A stretch of DNA of 7,753 nucleotides from Octopus sinensis (lineage: Eukaryota), in assembly GCF_006345805.1 (NCBI RefSeq), contig NW_021828646.1, positions 1 to 7,753 of the forward strand. The letters run 5' to 3'. A program made the translations under genes and the position numbers. This document shows positions 7,357 through 7,753 of this stretch, in pieces (the first letter of the stretch is position 1; each line of letters starts with the position of its first letter). The notes under the pieces were generated by a model that worked only from the letters and a program-made list of their open reading frames with translations, did not search any database and was not told where the DNA came from.

Positions 7357-7670
7357 TGTATGTATGTATGTATGTATATACTGTGTATGTATGTTTGTGC
7401 ATGTATGCACGCATGCATTCATAGATGTATGTATGTATGTATGCATGTATGTATCTATGTATGTATGTATGTATGCATGTATGTATGTATGCATGGATGT
7501 ATGTATGTATGTATGTATGTATGTATGTATGTATGTATGTATGCATGCATGCAAGTATGTATGTATGTATGTATGTATGCATGTAGGTAGGTAGGTATGC
7601 ATGTATATATGAATGCATGTATGTATGTATGTATGCATGTATGCAGTATGTATGTATGGCATGTATGTTA

Positions 7671-7706
<36 letters not shown>
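7351..7706. repeat. Long (TATG)n/(CATA)n microsatellite, about 355 bp
   Basis: Directly visible. Explains ORFs 7199..7618, 7252..7662, 7289..7594 and 7339..7590, apart from their short LINE-derived parts. Confidence 0.97.
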
Positions 7707-7707
<1 letters not shown>

Positions 7708-7753
7708 CTAGCCAATAGCTTTTAATACTGTATATTTACTATACACCTACAAT

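Noticed and set aside
7199-7662. HTYI/MYVC-repeat ORFs on both strands
   Set aside because: Translations of (TATG)n; only their short non-repeat ends are LINE-derived.

Overview
AT-rich, repeat-dense eukaryotic genomic DNA. It is most likely Octopus (inferred from recalled octopus-type tRNA-SINEs and heavy TA/TACA microsatellite load; not verified). The one confidently coding host feature is a 135-nt internal exon of ERGIC1 on the minus strand (5011-4877, AG/GTAAGT), which the ORF track missed; the rest of the window is probably ERGIC1 intron. The introns hold three tRNA-derived SINE families (labelled A, B, C here), two non-autonomous Helitrons, and a dead 5'-truncated RLE-type LINE (R4/Dong-like, 7356-5722). 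The LINE lies between two same-strand (TACA)n tracts and is split by a SINE. Best leads: (i) possible TACA-microsatellite targeting by the LINE; (ii) a ~95%-identical inverted SINE pair bracketing the exon, whose back-splice junction would create an ATG in a stop-free 45-codon circle; (iii) a 100-bp Helitron slot filled with unrelated sequence of identical length in the two copies. All other listed ORFs are microsatellite, SINE or LINE artefacts, or are unsupported.
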